From contig JAFGSJ010000051.1 in the NCBI GenBank assembly GCA_016934675.1, positions 75,387 to 139,386 of the forward strand: DNA of 64,000 nt, read 5' to 3'. The stretch is from a bacterium (GTDB taxonomy: Bacteria; CSSED10-310; JAFGSJ01). How positions within the stretch are numbered: position 1 is the first letter of the stretch; each line of letters opens with the position of its first letter. The notes beneath the pieces were generated by a model. It worked only from the letters and a program-made list of their open reading frames with translations, made no database searches and was not told the origin of the DNA. Positions 20,207 to 29,113 of the stretch are shown piece after piece. Both the position numbers and the translations under genes were made by a program.

Positions 20207-20894
20207 GCACCGTGCTTGATTCGAATTACGCTCGGTCTTACGCCATGTGATACCATGCAACCAGAAATCTGGATCGTGCAGAATATCCGGTCCCGTTACT
20301 CGCCATAATGCGCTTTGTTCTCACGAGCCGAACTTTGAGTTTCTGAAGGACCCCGTAATCCTCGATTCCTTCTCCTTTATGATGACAACGAAATTCTCGT
20401 CGGTCAATGTCATCATTAACGGCATCAAACACCTCGGACGACCGCTGATTGATGCTCAACGATTATACCTGGCCAGGCTCAGGCTGACTACTGATTTCTT
20501 TACTCACTTTTACGGAAAACCGACGCGTCTGAAAATGAAAAAATTTCAGCGAGCATGATGTGTGACCATGCTGAATATGCGATGGAAATCCTCGAATCCC
20601 TCAATATCAGGAACTCGTTTGTCCCCAACCACCAGGCACTTTTGTCGAAAAAGAGGACCGTTCCGGTCATGCCCGAGCGCCATTTGACGCCGGTCCCACT
20701 GACACCGCAGTCAACAACCAAAAAGCAACTCCTGCTGTGATGATGAGAGGTGTAACTCCGGTCATTTATTTAACGACCCCTCTTATAGAAGAAGAGGAAA
20801 CGCAGCAACTTTTTATTCCAGTATGTCCATGTACTCTGGACTTACTGGCCGAAAAATGATATAGTAGTCACTGAAAGGTTTAACCAGGTGTCGA

Positions 20895-21548
20895 GTGCGA
20901 GGAACAATGATCATTGATATCCGCAACAAGGTCAATCATGAGGAACTGGACTACAATTTTCTCATGGATTGTCTGAAGGATTACCGGAAACCCCGAGACA
21001 AGTTATCATTACTCATCAGACGAGGTGAGTTAATCAAGGTTAAAAAGGGATTGTACGTTTTTGGGGAAAAAATTGCCCGACGACCTTATTCGCGTGAAGT
21101 GCTGGCTAATCTCATCAATGGACCTTCGTATGTTTCATTGGAGTATGCTCTGTTTTATTGGGGCATGATTCCCGAGCAGGCTCACGTGGTCACTTCGGTG
21201 ACGCTGGGCAAGAGCAGAAGATACAGCACCCCGGTCGGTTTTTTTTCGTATCGGCATTTGGACCGGGAACGTTATGAAGTGGGTTTAACGCTCGAGAGTC
21301 TCGATGACGGCAGATCGTTTCTTATAGCGGCCAGAGAAAAGGCTTTCGTCGATTTGATCTGGGCCGATCGAACCGGTCATGTGCGGAGCGAGATTGACCT
21401 CGATCAGTATGTGCATGAAAATTTACGCATTGATGACGAAGTGTTGCGTTCACTGGACCTTACCAGAATGGACCGGATTTGTGCTCGATTTCGCTCCTCC
21501 AAACTGGACCTGCTACGGCGTTATTTAGGGGATTTGGGACATGAATGA
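20895..21548 (+). CDS. AbiEi-family antitoxin / transcriptional regulator (type IV TA, abortive-infection system AbiE)
   Basis: 217 aa. The N-terminal wHTH-like region and the GPSYVSLEYALFYWGMIPEQ motif are characteristic of AbiEi/COG5340. It overlaps the downstream AbiEii-like gene by 8 nt. Confidence 0.6.
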   Translation: MRGTMIIDIRNKVNHEELDYNFLMDCLKDYRKPRDKLSLLIRRGELIKVKKGLYVFGEKIARRPYSREVLANLINGPSYVSLEYALFYWGMIPEQAHVVTSVTLGKSRRYSTPVGFFSYRHLDRERYEVGLTLESLDDGRSFLIAAREKAFVDLIWADRTGHVRSEIDLDQYVHENLRIDDEVLRSLDLTRMDRICARFRSSKLDLLRRYLGDLGHE

Positions 21549-21882
21549 AGCCATTTTAACCATGCTCAATCACTATAAGTGCAGAAGTGTCGATGATTAT
21601 CTGGCGGCTTTGAGAGAAATACTGCAATCACTGGCCTTACTCGGTCTGTGGCGGACAAAGTTTTTTGAGCATGCAGCCTTCTATGGTGGTTCCGCCCTCA
21701 GGATTTTGTATGGCCTGGATCGATTTTCAGAAGACCTGGATTTCTCACTCTTGAAACCCGGACCTGATTTCGATCTGTTCAGGTATTTGCAGGGACTGCA
21801 AACGGAACTCGAAAGTTACGGCTTCCGAGTACAGCTTGTTCTGAAAAAGAAATCAAGGACCAATGAATCAGACGTGAAGTGA
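21541..21882 (+). pseudogene. Truncated AbiEii/AbiGii nucleotidyltransferase toxin. Only the N-terminal ~110 of ~300 aa remain.
   Basis: FYGGSALRILYGLDRFSEDLDFSL matches the N-terminal FxGGTAL...RfSEDLDF signature of the DUF1814/AbiEii family. The ORF stops after 113 aa. No continuation is seen in any frame before the direct repeat. Confidence 0.6.
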
Positions 21883-22044
21883 CCCCCTTCATTGGTGAAC
21901 CCACAAGCCTTCAAGTCTGGTCAAAGACCTTTTTCAACACTCTCATAACCAGAATCCAGCTCATGTGAGAAAAACCATATTTTGCAATCCTCTTCTATCA
22001 CCGGTAAAAACTGGGGAATTGTAGACCGGTGATAGCACGCTATC

Positions 22045-22101
22045 GCCCGATCTGGCCCAGGTCATTATTCAAAAGGAAATCGAAAATATCAAGGCAAAGA
22101 T
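22045..22101. repeat. 57-bp direct repeat, copy 2, at the right edge of the AbiE islet. It encodes PDLAQVIIQKEIENIKAKM followed directly by TAA.
   Basis: Identical in 56 of 57 nt to 20144..20200. It is preceded by an 11-bp inverted repeat CTATCACCGGT..ACCGGTGATAG at 21995..22035. Confidence 0.85.
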
Positions 22102-22107
22102 GTAACA

Positions 22108-22142
22108 GCAGATGAGTTTTGGGATAGTACACTCATTTTTTG
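22108..22142 (+). terminator. Candidate intrinsic terminator after repeat copy 2: stem ATGAGT/ACTCAT followed by a T6 run.
   Basis: GATGAGTTTTGGGATAGTACACTCATTTTTTGA. It is a weak AT-rich stem with a U-tract. Confidence 0.35.
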
Positions 22143-22326
22143 ACGGTCACGGGTTGCATTCGTGTGCAGACGGATCGACACGACATCTGAACGAAAAGGT
22201 GAAGTGATGTGCTACCGGCAATCGTTGCTCTGACCGGGAATATGAGGGAACGATTTGGGTCGCATCGTTCGAAAGTGAACGTCGAGAGATTCCTGAAATC
22301 AAGGGGTTAGTGTCTCTGACCTCTTA

Positions 22327-23961
22327 TCAATAGAAACAGGTCGAGTACAGCCCACTGATACATCTCATGACTACCTGAGCATAACCATTGTCTGTCGTGG
22401 CAAGATCAAATCCCTGAAAATAATCGGGACGATCCTCGAGGTTCAACTCGTCCTGCCACCCACGAGCGGACCAGTAACGTTTGGAACAGACACTCCAAAA
22501 CTGGTCATTTGGCAACGTTTTCGACCAGATTGCGTGAGCGTTTCCATGAGCATCAAGAGAAATACGCGGCATTCGTGCCTCGCCGGTTGTATCGATTTCT
22601 TCCGGTTGCGACCAATCTTCAGAGAGAGTGGAGCGTACCACACAGATAGATCGTTGATAGACACCGTTTTCACCATAAATTGCCTGATCATAAATCACCA
22701 TACTGTCACCATTATCAGAGAGGTCAATATCTGCATAGCTGATATTGAGCCCGTCGATATTCCTGGTAAGGCGGACAGGTGCCTGCCAGGTACCATTGAC
22801 CAACCGAACAGCCCACAGGCTCTCTTCCCGAGTCCTCAAGACAGTAATCGCATCACCCCGTTTATTCATTGCCGTCCCGGCACTACTTATCCAATCGCTC
22901 TCAGCCAGGATTAGTGGTGAACCCCAGCCTGTTTCCGTATTAAACATTATAACATTCTGACTTGTCATAAAATAATTTCCATAGAAAAGGAGGAATGTAC
23001 CGAGTCGATCAGTGTTCAATGCAGCGATCGAGATTTGTCGGGGAACACCGGGTATCCGTTCCCGTTCACGCCACCCTGTTTCCGGGGAGTACATTGAATA
23101 TAAATAGTAGTACTGTGAATCATCTAGCCAAATCAGAAGAGCGTGTCCGTCCTGACCACTGGCAATCCTACCCCCACGTGCGCTCTCACTGAAAAGAACA
23201 GCATCACTCCACCCGCTTTCAGTTGAGTACCGGGCTAACCACAGATCACACTCCGTACCAAATGGATGTTCTGTTTCCCGGACCTCCAACCATAAAACGA
23301 AGGCGTTACCCTCCTCATCAATACAATTTGAGGTGGAATGTGGCTCGCCTGCAACATCGCAACTGATCACAGTCGAGTCACCCCAACCCTGCGTTCTGTC
23401 ATGGAACGCGGCACAGACCCTGTAATTACCGTCAATACTCTGGACCCAGGAGAGAATCGCTCTACCCGAATCATTCAGACTAATGGTCGCAGATAAAATC
23501 CACTCACCATCACCAACACGTTCTAAATTCTGCCAGGAGCCATCCCTGGTCGTGAACTGTAAGTGAAAATTACGTTCCAGCTCATGACCGGACATGGCAC
23601 TGACTGTAGTCGTGATCAGAGCCTGATAGGTGCAATGAAGATCGAGCTCCTCCGCAAACGTTATCAGCAACACAGCTCCAGAGACGGATAATAGTGTTCC
23701 CCTGACCTTTTCTCCATTAGTGTCAAAAATCGAAACACTCGACTCGTCGACCGTTTCCCTGTTCAATTCTTCTGAAAATGTGATCCGGACCCTGGTGTCC
23801 AGAGGGACCTGTTGGGCATACTCAGCCGGATCAGTGGCCAGCACTATCAGAAATTTCTCCTCGTCATCGGAACAACTCGTAGCCAATATCGCCATCCAAA
23901 AAATACTACTCAGAAGTATGATTGTTTGTGTACTCAACCGAACTATACATTCTCGAACCAT
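22327..23961 (-). CDS. Secreted or lipo-protein with an Ig-like domain and ~7 degenerate ~45-aa repeats, each containing a GW motif (beta-propeller-like)
   Basis: N-terminal hydrophobic signal with a possible lipobox (LATSC). Recurring xSGW/xTGW/NGTW/EDWS/ARGW motifs appear at ~45-50 aa spacing. Confidence 0.45.
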   Translation of the reverse strand: MVRECIVRLSTQTIILLSSIFWMAILATSCSDDEEKFLIVLATDPAEYAQQVPLDTRVRITFSEELNRETVDESSVSIFDTNGEKVRGTLLSVSGAVLLITFAEELDLHCTYQALITTTVSAMSGHELERNFHLQFTTRDGSWQNLERVGDGEWILSATISLNDSGRAILSWVQSIDGNYRVCAAFHDRTQGWGDSTVISCDVAGEPHSTSNCIDEEGNAFVLWLEVRETEHPFGTECDLWLARYSTESGWSDAVLFSESARGGRIASGQDGHALLIWLDDSQYYYLYSMYSPETGWRERERIPGVPRQISIAALNTDRLGTFLLFYGNYFMTSQNVIMFNTETGWGSPLILAESDWISSAGTAMNKRGDAITVLRTREESLWAVRLVNGTWQAPVRLTRNIDGLNISYADIDLSDNGDSMVIYDQAIYGENGVYQRSICVVRSTLSEDWSQPEEIDTTGEARMPRISLDAHGNAHAIWSKTLPNDQFWSVCSKRYWSARGWQDELNLEDRPDYFQGFDLATTDNGYAQVVMRCISGLYSTCFY

Positions 23962-24330
23962 AATACTCCTCCTTCGGACACGATCATGACCTCACTTTTC
24001 AGCTCAAAGCAGACCAAACTCACTCCTAAAATATTTCAGCAAGTTTCATGCCATCAGCGCAGACTTGATCCACAAGACTGAAATGATTCGCAGGTATATC
24101 AGGCTGGATCGGGCATGAGGCACGGTCCCACTCTGCAGGAAGATGTTCACTCTCGAGCCAGAAAGCCCTCTCTTGGTGTAACTATTTTGAACATGTGCAG
24201 CTTGATGTGCCTTTTGTGAACATGTCCAGCTGGGCTGAGAAAGAGAAGTGGGGTGAGAGAAGAATCATCCAGCTTTCGGAGCGGTGGAATGGGCGTCGGC
24301 TCCATGCGCTCGTTAGCTTACGGGCGGCAT

Positions 24331-24681
24331 CTATGCCAGCTCGAAGTAGTAGGCGATAAACTCAAAAACACCACCCGGATTCCCGAAGTACTCCTGATGG
24401 TCGGAGCGGAATTCGTCGGCACTTGAGTTCGTCTCGCCCCTCCACAGACGCTCGGGAATCGAGTCCCAGCGACAGAGCTCCATGCCGATTATGCGTATCG
24501 TGGCCCGGCACTCAAGCTTGCTGTCGTAAACATCGTAGTACCTGCCAACCACCAGAGCGTCGTTGTACTCATCCTCCTTGATGTCGACCTCGCCCAGCGC
24601 CACGACGCTTGCTGTCTTCCGCCCATTGACGACCTGCTCAACCAAGGCGTCCGATACGAACTGTATCCTCAAGTTTTTCAA
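24331..24681 (-). CDS. ASCH (PUA-like) domain protein
   Basis: 116 aa. Small beta-barrel-like pattern with a C-terminal EFRSDHQEYF-type segment reminiscent of ASCH domains. The assignment is tentative. Confidence 0.4.
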   Translation of the reverse strand: MKNLRIQFVSDALVEQVVNGRKTASVVALGEVDIKEDEYNDALVVGRYYDVYDSKLECRATIRIIGMELCRWDSIPERLWRGETNSSADEFRSDHQEYFGNPGGVFEFIAYYFELA

Positions 24682-24796
24682 TTCAAAACTCCATCCTACT
24701 GGCTAACATGCGCATAATCCGCGACGCGAGACTGGCGTGGTTTGTGCCTTATAGCACATACCATGACGGGCCGCGGAGTCGGGTTAATGCGGTTTG

Positions 24797-25390
24797 TTAA
24801 ACGATTCTTTTCTTCATGAATACTGCTATTTCCTGATTCGCAAAATCATCATTTGTATAAAATGAAATATCAATGCCTTCAATTCTATAACCATGCTTAT
24901 AATAAAAATCTATTGCCTTGCCGTTCTTTGTCTGTGTTTCTAAAGCTATTATTCGGTAGTTGTTTTCTTCTGCTATCCTATAAATTTCATTCATGAGTAA
25001 AGATCCATAGCCTTTTCCTCTTTCATTCTTAATAATTTCAATGGATTCAATGAACATAGTGTTATTCCATTCTCGCTTTTCCAAAAGAAACTGTCCTATT
25101 GGAAAATTGTCTGAAAATAACGTATACGATAATCCATAATTAATGATTTCCGTTAATCTATATCTTTCATCATCAGTGCGAATCCATACTTTTTGGTTTG
25201 GCTTGTCTTTTATTCTTCTTTCTACCTTAAATTCAGTTTTTTCGCTTCCACATGAAAAAGAAACCTGATATTCAACATCAGATTCATATCCTGATTCAGG
25301 CAATAGATTGAGATCACTGTATTTTCGGATTTGCTCAAACTTTATCATATATTCCTCAACAATCTTGCGTCTGCAGGGTCCGCCCAACAT
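24797..25390 (-). CDS. GNAT-family N-acetyl/acyltransferase
   Basis: Acetyl-CoA binding motif ERGKGYGSLLMNEI...AIDFYYKHGY. It lies in a low-GC segment. Confidence 0.75.
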   Translation of the reverse strand: MLGGPCRRKIVEEYMIKFEQIRKYSDLNLLPESGYESDVEYQVSFSCGSEKTEFKVERRIKDKPNQKVWIRTDDERYRLTEIINYGLSYTLFSDNFPIGQFLLEKREWNNTMFIESIEIIKNERGKGYGSLLMNEIYRIAEENNYRIIALETQTKNGKAIDFYYKHGYRIEGIDISFYTNDDFANQEIAVFMKKRIV

Positions 25391-25444
25391 AATAATCAGC
25401 AGCCCTTCGAAACACCGAAAGGCGCGTAATAACGTCCGCTGGAT

Positions 25445-25852
25445 TTACTGATTAGGGATTATTTGCAATTTCTTTGACTTTAAATCCTGTAAATCTACCA
25501 ATATCTTGAGCCGAGTTCCTTCCTTTTTTGATTCATACTCAACAATGAATATATGTTTCTTTTCGGGATTATTTTCTTTCGCAAAACCCGAAGTCCTGGC
25601 TGGTAGAGAATAGATATTTTTTAAGTTTGTTCTGAATACAAATTCATTTGCCAAGTCCCAGGCCATACCGTTATACAATTCTGCCGGTCCCGGATCAGAG
25701 TTTTGTTCATATATATCGTTTCCAATTAATTGATACCACACGCCAGCTTTTGGCTCAAAGTTTGATTGCGCTGATTCGATTTCTACTGGTTCGCCATCTG
25801 CCCAACAGAGAATTGGAAGGACTAAGAATAGGCTGGTAAATATTTTTTTCAT
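25445..25852 (-). CDS. Small secreted hypothetical protein. Signal peptide MKKIFTSLFLVLPILCWA. Start taken at the internal Met.
   Basis: Classical signal peptide. There are no recognisable domains. It is AT-rich. Confidence 0.4.
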   Translation of the reverse strand: MKKIFTSLFLVLPILCWADGEPVEIESAQSNFEPKAGVWYQLIGNDIYEQNSDPGPAELYNGMAWDLANEFVFRTNLKNIYSLPARTSGFAKENNPEKKHIFIVEYESKKEGTRLKILVDLQDLKSKKLQIIPNQ

Positions 25853-26215
25853 TTTTTCCCCTAACGTCAGAGCTAACCGGGCTCTACAGACGGGCCAAGT
25901 CCACCGATCATCGTCTGACAAGTCAACGATTGCCTGTCAATTCCAGTTCGACACATTGAGGATTGGGCTTCGATTCAACGAATTGTTCTGTGGTTCATTG
26001 TTTCTTTTCGGATTGAGTTTGAAATTATTATACCACAGAGCTCATAGAGAGCACAGAGAATTTTCATAAACAACGAGAATCTGAAGCGTTTGATCCCATC
26101 CTTGAGCAATTTCTGATTGACATTGATCAGTAAACCGGTGGTAATTCCCGGAAGCTTCATGTAAGTCAGGCTCTGTGCTTCATGAATTCCCGTGATCTCT
26201 GACACTGCGTTCTGT

Positions 26216-27169
26216 TCAATGATTACTTTCCCTTCGACGGCATTCAATAAAGCCACACTCCTCATCGTCACGGCCAATAAAGACCAGAGCGGGCCAGTTC
26301 GCCTGATTCATGAGCTGGAGCATGTGCTCGAGAGGACCGGTCATGCTCGTCCCCCAACCGGGACCCTCTTGAAAATACTGCAATGAAACATTGTCGATGA
26401 CCGGAGGCGATATGATTACCGAATCCTGGCATGGTGCAACGAAGCGACCAATAAGTGGTGTTCCCGATGGTAATCCTGCCATGATTTCCTTCAGTCCGGT
26501 CACAAATTCAGGAGAATCAACCGGGTGTCGTGCTACATGACCGGAAAGCAACCAGTGTGAATCTGGTCCGTCTTTCTCATTATTGTCAGCCAGGACCAGG
26601 GCAACTGCTCCTTCATAATAGGTGGTTTGGGTCAGAAGAGCATGATGTTTCGGGGCTCTATCCTGCAGATAGCGACTCCAATCAGGATTGAATAGATCGC
26701 CCACTACCATGACCCCAACCGGCGACTGATACCCCTCCATCAAGGTGATCAGAGCGTCCAGGCTGGCCTCAGCCGTTAGCTTTCCCTGTGAAATCGTGAG
26801 GGTCGGGCCGTGATTCTGCAATAAAATGCCCAGGTATCCGGACGAGGAGACATGGACCGAATTCTGAACGTTGACCGGGCGAAGTAAACTCCCGCCCGAT
26901 TCATGAATGTCCTTCAAAGCATCGATACCTTGATCGATCTCACCGTATGCCGTCCCGACTACCAGGGGAAAATCCTGGGGCAGGTCCAATCCTCGGATAG
27001 CCTCGAACACAGCCACATACATCAGTTGTGACAACCGGCCCATCTTCCGACGCAACGCTCGGGGGATTTCTTGTAATGTGGCCAGATCGTTAAGGTTGAC
27101 CGGCCCGTTCTGCTCGAAACGAAGCGGTGAACAACTGCCGGCGCCGATTAGAACCCGCGAGAAATCCAT
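26216..27169 (-). CDS. Ketosynthase-like partner protein lacking the catalytic Cys and the His-His dyad (chain-length-factor-like). Start taken at the internal Met MDFSRVLIG, 17 bp after the KS stop.
   Basis: It has the thiolase-fold KS N-terminal half. At the position where the KS has ISTACTSS this protein has TISQGKLT (Cys to Gln, as in type II PKS/APE chain-length factors). Length ~318 aa. No NAHGTGT or GHTLG motifs. Confidence 0.55.
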   Translation of the reverse strand: MDFSRVLIGAGSCSPLRFEQNGPVNLNDLATLQEIPRALRRKMGRLSQLMYVAVFEAIRGLDLPQDFPLVVGTAYGEIDQGIDALKDIHESGGSLLRPVNVQNSVHVSSSGYLGILLQNHGPTLTISQGKLTAEASLDALITLMEGYQSPVGVMVVGDLFNPDWSRYLQDRAPKHHALLTQTTYYEGAVALVLADNNEKDGPDSHWLLSGHVARHPVDSPEFVTGLKEIMAGLPSGTPLIGRFVAPCQDSVIISPPVIDNVSLQYFQEGPGWGTSMTGPLEHMLQLMNQANWPALVFIGRDDEECGFIECRRRESNH

Positions 27170-27185
27170 GTTCTCACCTTCCTGA

Positions 27186-28430
27186 TTACATAACGGGACT
27201 ACGAAAGAGTAACGAGCAATTACTACCTCCGAAACCGAACGAATTCGAAAGCACATGTGCCTGTTCCGGAAGGACCATACCACCCGGAGGGACTAATCGT
27301 ATCGGACAATCAGGTCCGGGAATTTCTTGAAAATAGTTTTCGGGAGCCCGTCCTGATTGCAGGGCAATGATCGTGACAATGGCCTCGAGTGCTCCCGCGG
27401 CACCCAAGGTGTGACCGAACAGCCCCTTGTTTGAACTGACGGGAGTCGCTTCCGGGAATAGTGAATGAATGGCTTCAGACTCGGAACGATCGTTCAATTC
27501 GGTCCCCGTACCATGTGCATTGATCCAATTGATTGCCTCGGGTCGTAATCCGGCTTTGTCCAAGGCCTGTTTCATTGCCCGGACAGCACCACTGCCACCC
27601 TCGCTGGGAGCAGTAAGGTGGTGGGCATCGACACTCAGACCATACCCTACGAGTTCGGCATGCCAGGTCCGCCCTGCGGACAGACAACACTCCGCTGCTT
27701 CGAGCATCAGAAAAGCCGCCCCATCCCCCAAAGTCATACCCGGACGGTCCTGACCAAAAGGACGACAGGGTAAGGCTCCGGTCAGGAATAAGGCATGAAA
27801 GCCGCTCAAAGTCGTGGCACAAATGTCATCACAACCGCCGACCAGAACTCGGTCATAACGACCCGTCTCGATCCAGGCCGCTCCCAAGGCCAAAGAGTTC
27901 GCCGAAGAAGTGCATGCCGTGGAAATCGTTAAGAGTCCCCCCCGAATATCGAGTTGTTGGGCCAGTAAGCGGGTCGATGTGGCCACCACACCGCGTTTGT
28001 GAAAATCGTGGTCGGGCACGGGACCATTGCCCAACAAGCCAAAAACGAACTTCTCGTTATGTTCCTGGCCAGCGGCGCTGCTCCCGACAATCAGGGCTTC
28101 GGGTTCTCCCGCTCCCCGACTGTGAGCATCTGCTAAACATTCGCGTGCAGCCAGCAAGGACATGCGTCCGGCAATCGTATCATAGGCTGTGTTCAGTTCA
28201 CCGGCATACCAGTCGGCGGGGATTTCTCCGGCAACAATGTCGAATGCCAGCGATACTCTCTCAGGTTTCGTAAAGAGTGGACGGGGATGAAACAGTATCT
28301 GCTTAAGTTCAGATACGTTTTTTCCTGCGACAGATATGCAGCCCAAACCTGTGATCACGACAGTGCGGGGTTTTGCTCCTCTGTGTGGCATGTTCTCTTC
28401 TTTCCCCGATCTCTGACAAAACCCAGACAA
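27186..28430 (-). CDS. Beta-ketoacyl-ACP synthase (KAS I/II, FabF/FabB-like). The probable true start is at 28391 (MPHRGAKPRTVVITGLG).
   Basis: Active-site triad motifs ISTACTSS (Cys), NAHGTGT (His) and LFGHTLGAAG (His). The C-terminus is NSFGFGGSN. Confidence 0.8.
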   Translation of the reverse strand: MSGFCQRSGKEENMPHRGAKPRTVVITGLGCISVAGKNVSELKQILFHPRPLFTKPERVSLAFDIVAGEIPADWYAGELNTAYDTIAGRMSLLAARECLADAHSRGAGEPEALIVGSSAAGQEHNEKFVFGLLGNGPVPDHDFHKRGVVATSTRLLAQQLDIRGGLLTISTACTSSANSLALGAAWIETGRYDRVLVGGCDDICATTLSGFHALFLTGALPCRPFGQDRPGMTLGDGAAFLMLEAAECCLSAGRTWHAELVGYGLSVDAHHLTAPSEGGSGAVRAMKQALDKAGLRPEAINWINAHGTGTELNDRSESEAIHSLFPEATPVSSNKGLFGHTLGAAGALEAIVTIIALQSGRAPENYFQEIPGPDCPIRLVPPGGMVLPEQAHVLSNSFGFGGSNCSLLFRSPVM

Positions 28431-28460
28431 ACGATGAATGTACTCTGGGCAACTCTGCTT

Positions 28461-28748
28461 CTAAGAACCGGATGCTTGCCGACCTTCGTAACCGATGGGC
28501 TGATGTTCGCGAATGTATGCCGCAAGTGTGACTAATGATTGAAACGCTTTTTGAGCATCTTCCCTGGTTGTGATCTTAATGCCGTAATCCTTTTCGAGCA
28601 GAACGACAAGTTCAAGTAAATCAATGGAATCAAGCCCCAGTCCCTCGGTGATCAATGGTTCTTCTGGCTTGAATTCACTCGGGTCAACATCATCGAGATG
28701 GAGAAAATCAATTATTTTGAGCTTCAGTTCGTTTATCAAGGCATCCAT
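28461..28748 (-). CDS. Acyl carrier protein (discrete, module-associated)
   Basis: 95 aa, acidic. Phosphopantetheine attachment motif GLDSIDLLELV. Confidence 0.75.
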   Translation of the reverse strand: MDALINELKLKIIDFLHLDDVDPSEFKPEEPLITEGLGLDSIDLLELVVLLEKDYGIKITTREDAQKAFQSLVTLAAYIREHQPIGYEGRQASGS

Positions 28749-29113
28749 GTATTTCTCTCCAGTTTCTACTTCTCTCAGTGGAATTCCGTGCTCTTTTCAG
28801 AAATTTTCTTCCACTCTTCTGCATAACATAATTGTTCAATAAAACTGGCTATTCTCAAAGTGCTTTCATTTTCTATATCTTCATGTATTCAAACACTCCC
28901 CGTAACGTAGGACAATAATAACCATAGTATTCAACAGAGCATGTTTCAAGACTGATGATGATATGGTGATGGATGTCTAAGAATCAAGGGCTGTTTTCCG
29001 AGGCGGACTAGTCTCAGTACCGCTTGTTTGATACAAATGAGATTCTAGGGCCCTTTTGTCAAAAGAAAGTCGATCTCCACACAACTCGCTTTCGAATGCA
29101 CGCAAACACACAT

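Noticed and set aside
20207-20894. Short ORFs (20247..20558 +, 20238..20459 -, 20500..20721 -) in the left arm of the AbiE islet. I considered them as possible integrase or recombinase remnants.
   Set aside because: Their translations show no recognisable tyrosine or serine-recombinase motifs or any other domain. They are left uncalled. tblastn would be needed to find decayed remnants.
25975-26277. 100-aa minus-strand ORF overlapping the 3' end of the KS-like gene
   Set aside because: It overlaps the KS-like gene by ~60 nt, lies in the AT-rich segment and has no domain signature. It may be a small real gene, but the evidence is insufficient to call it.
27170-27283. 5' extension of the KS-like ORF that overlaps the upstream KS gene by ~100 nt
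   Set aside because: An internal Met (MDFSRVLIG) 17 bp after the KS stop gives a conventional non-overlapping start. The extended N-terminus (MVWSFRNRHMCFRIRS...) has no KS homology.
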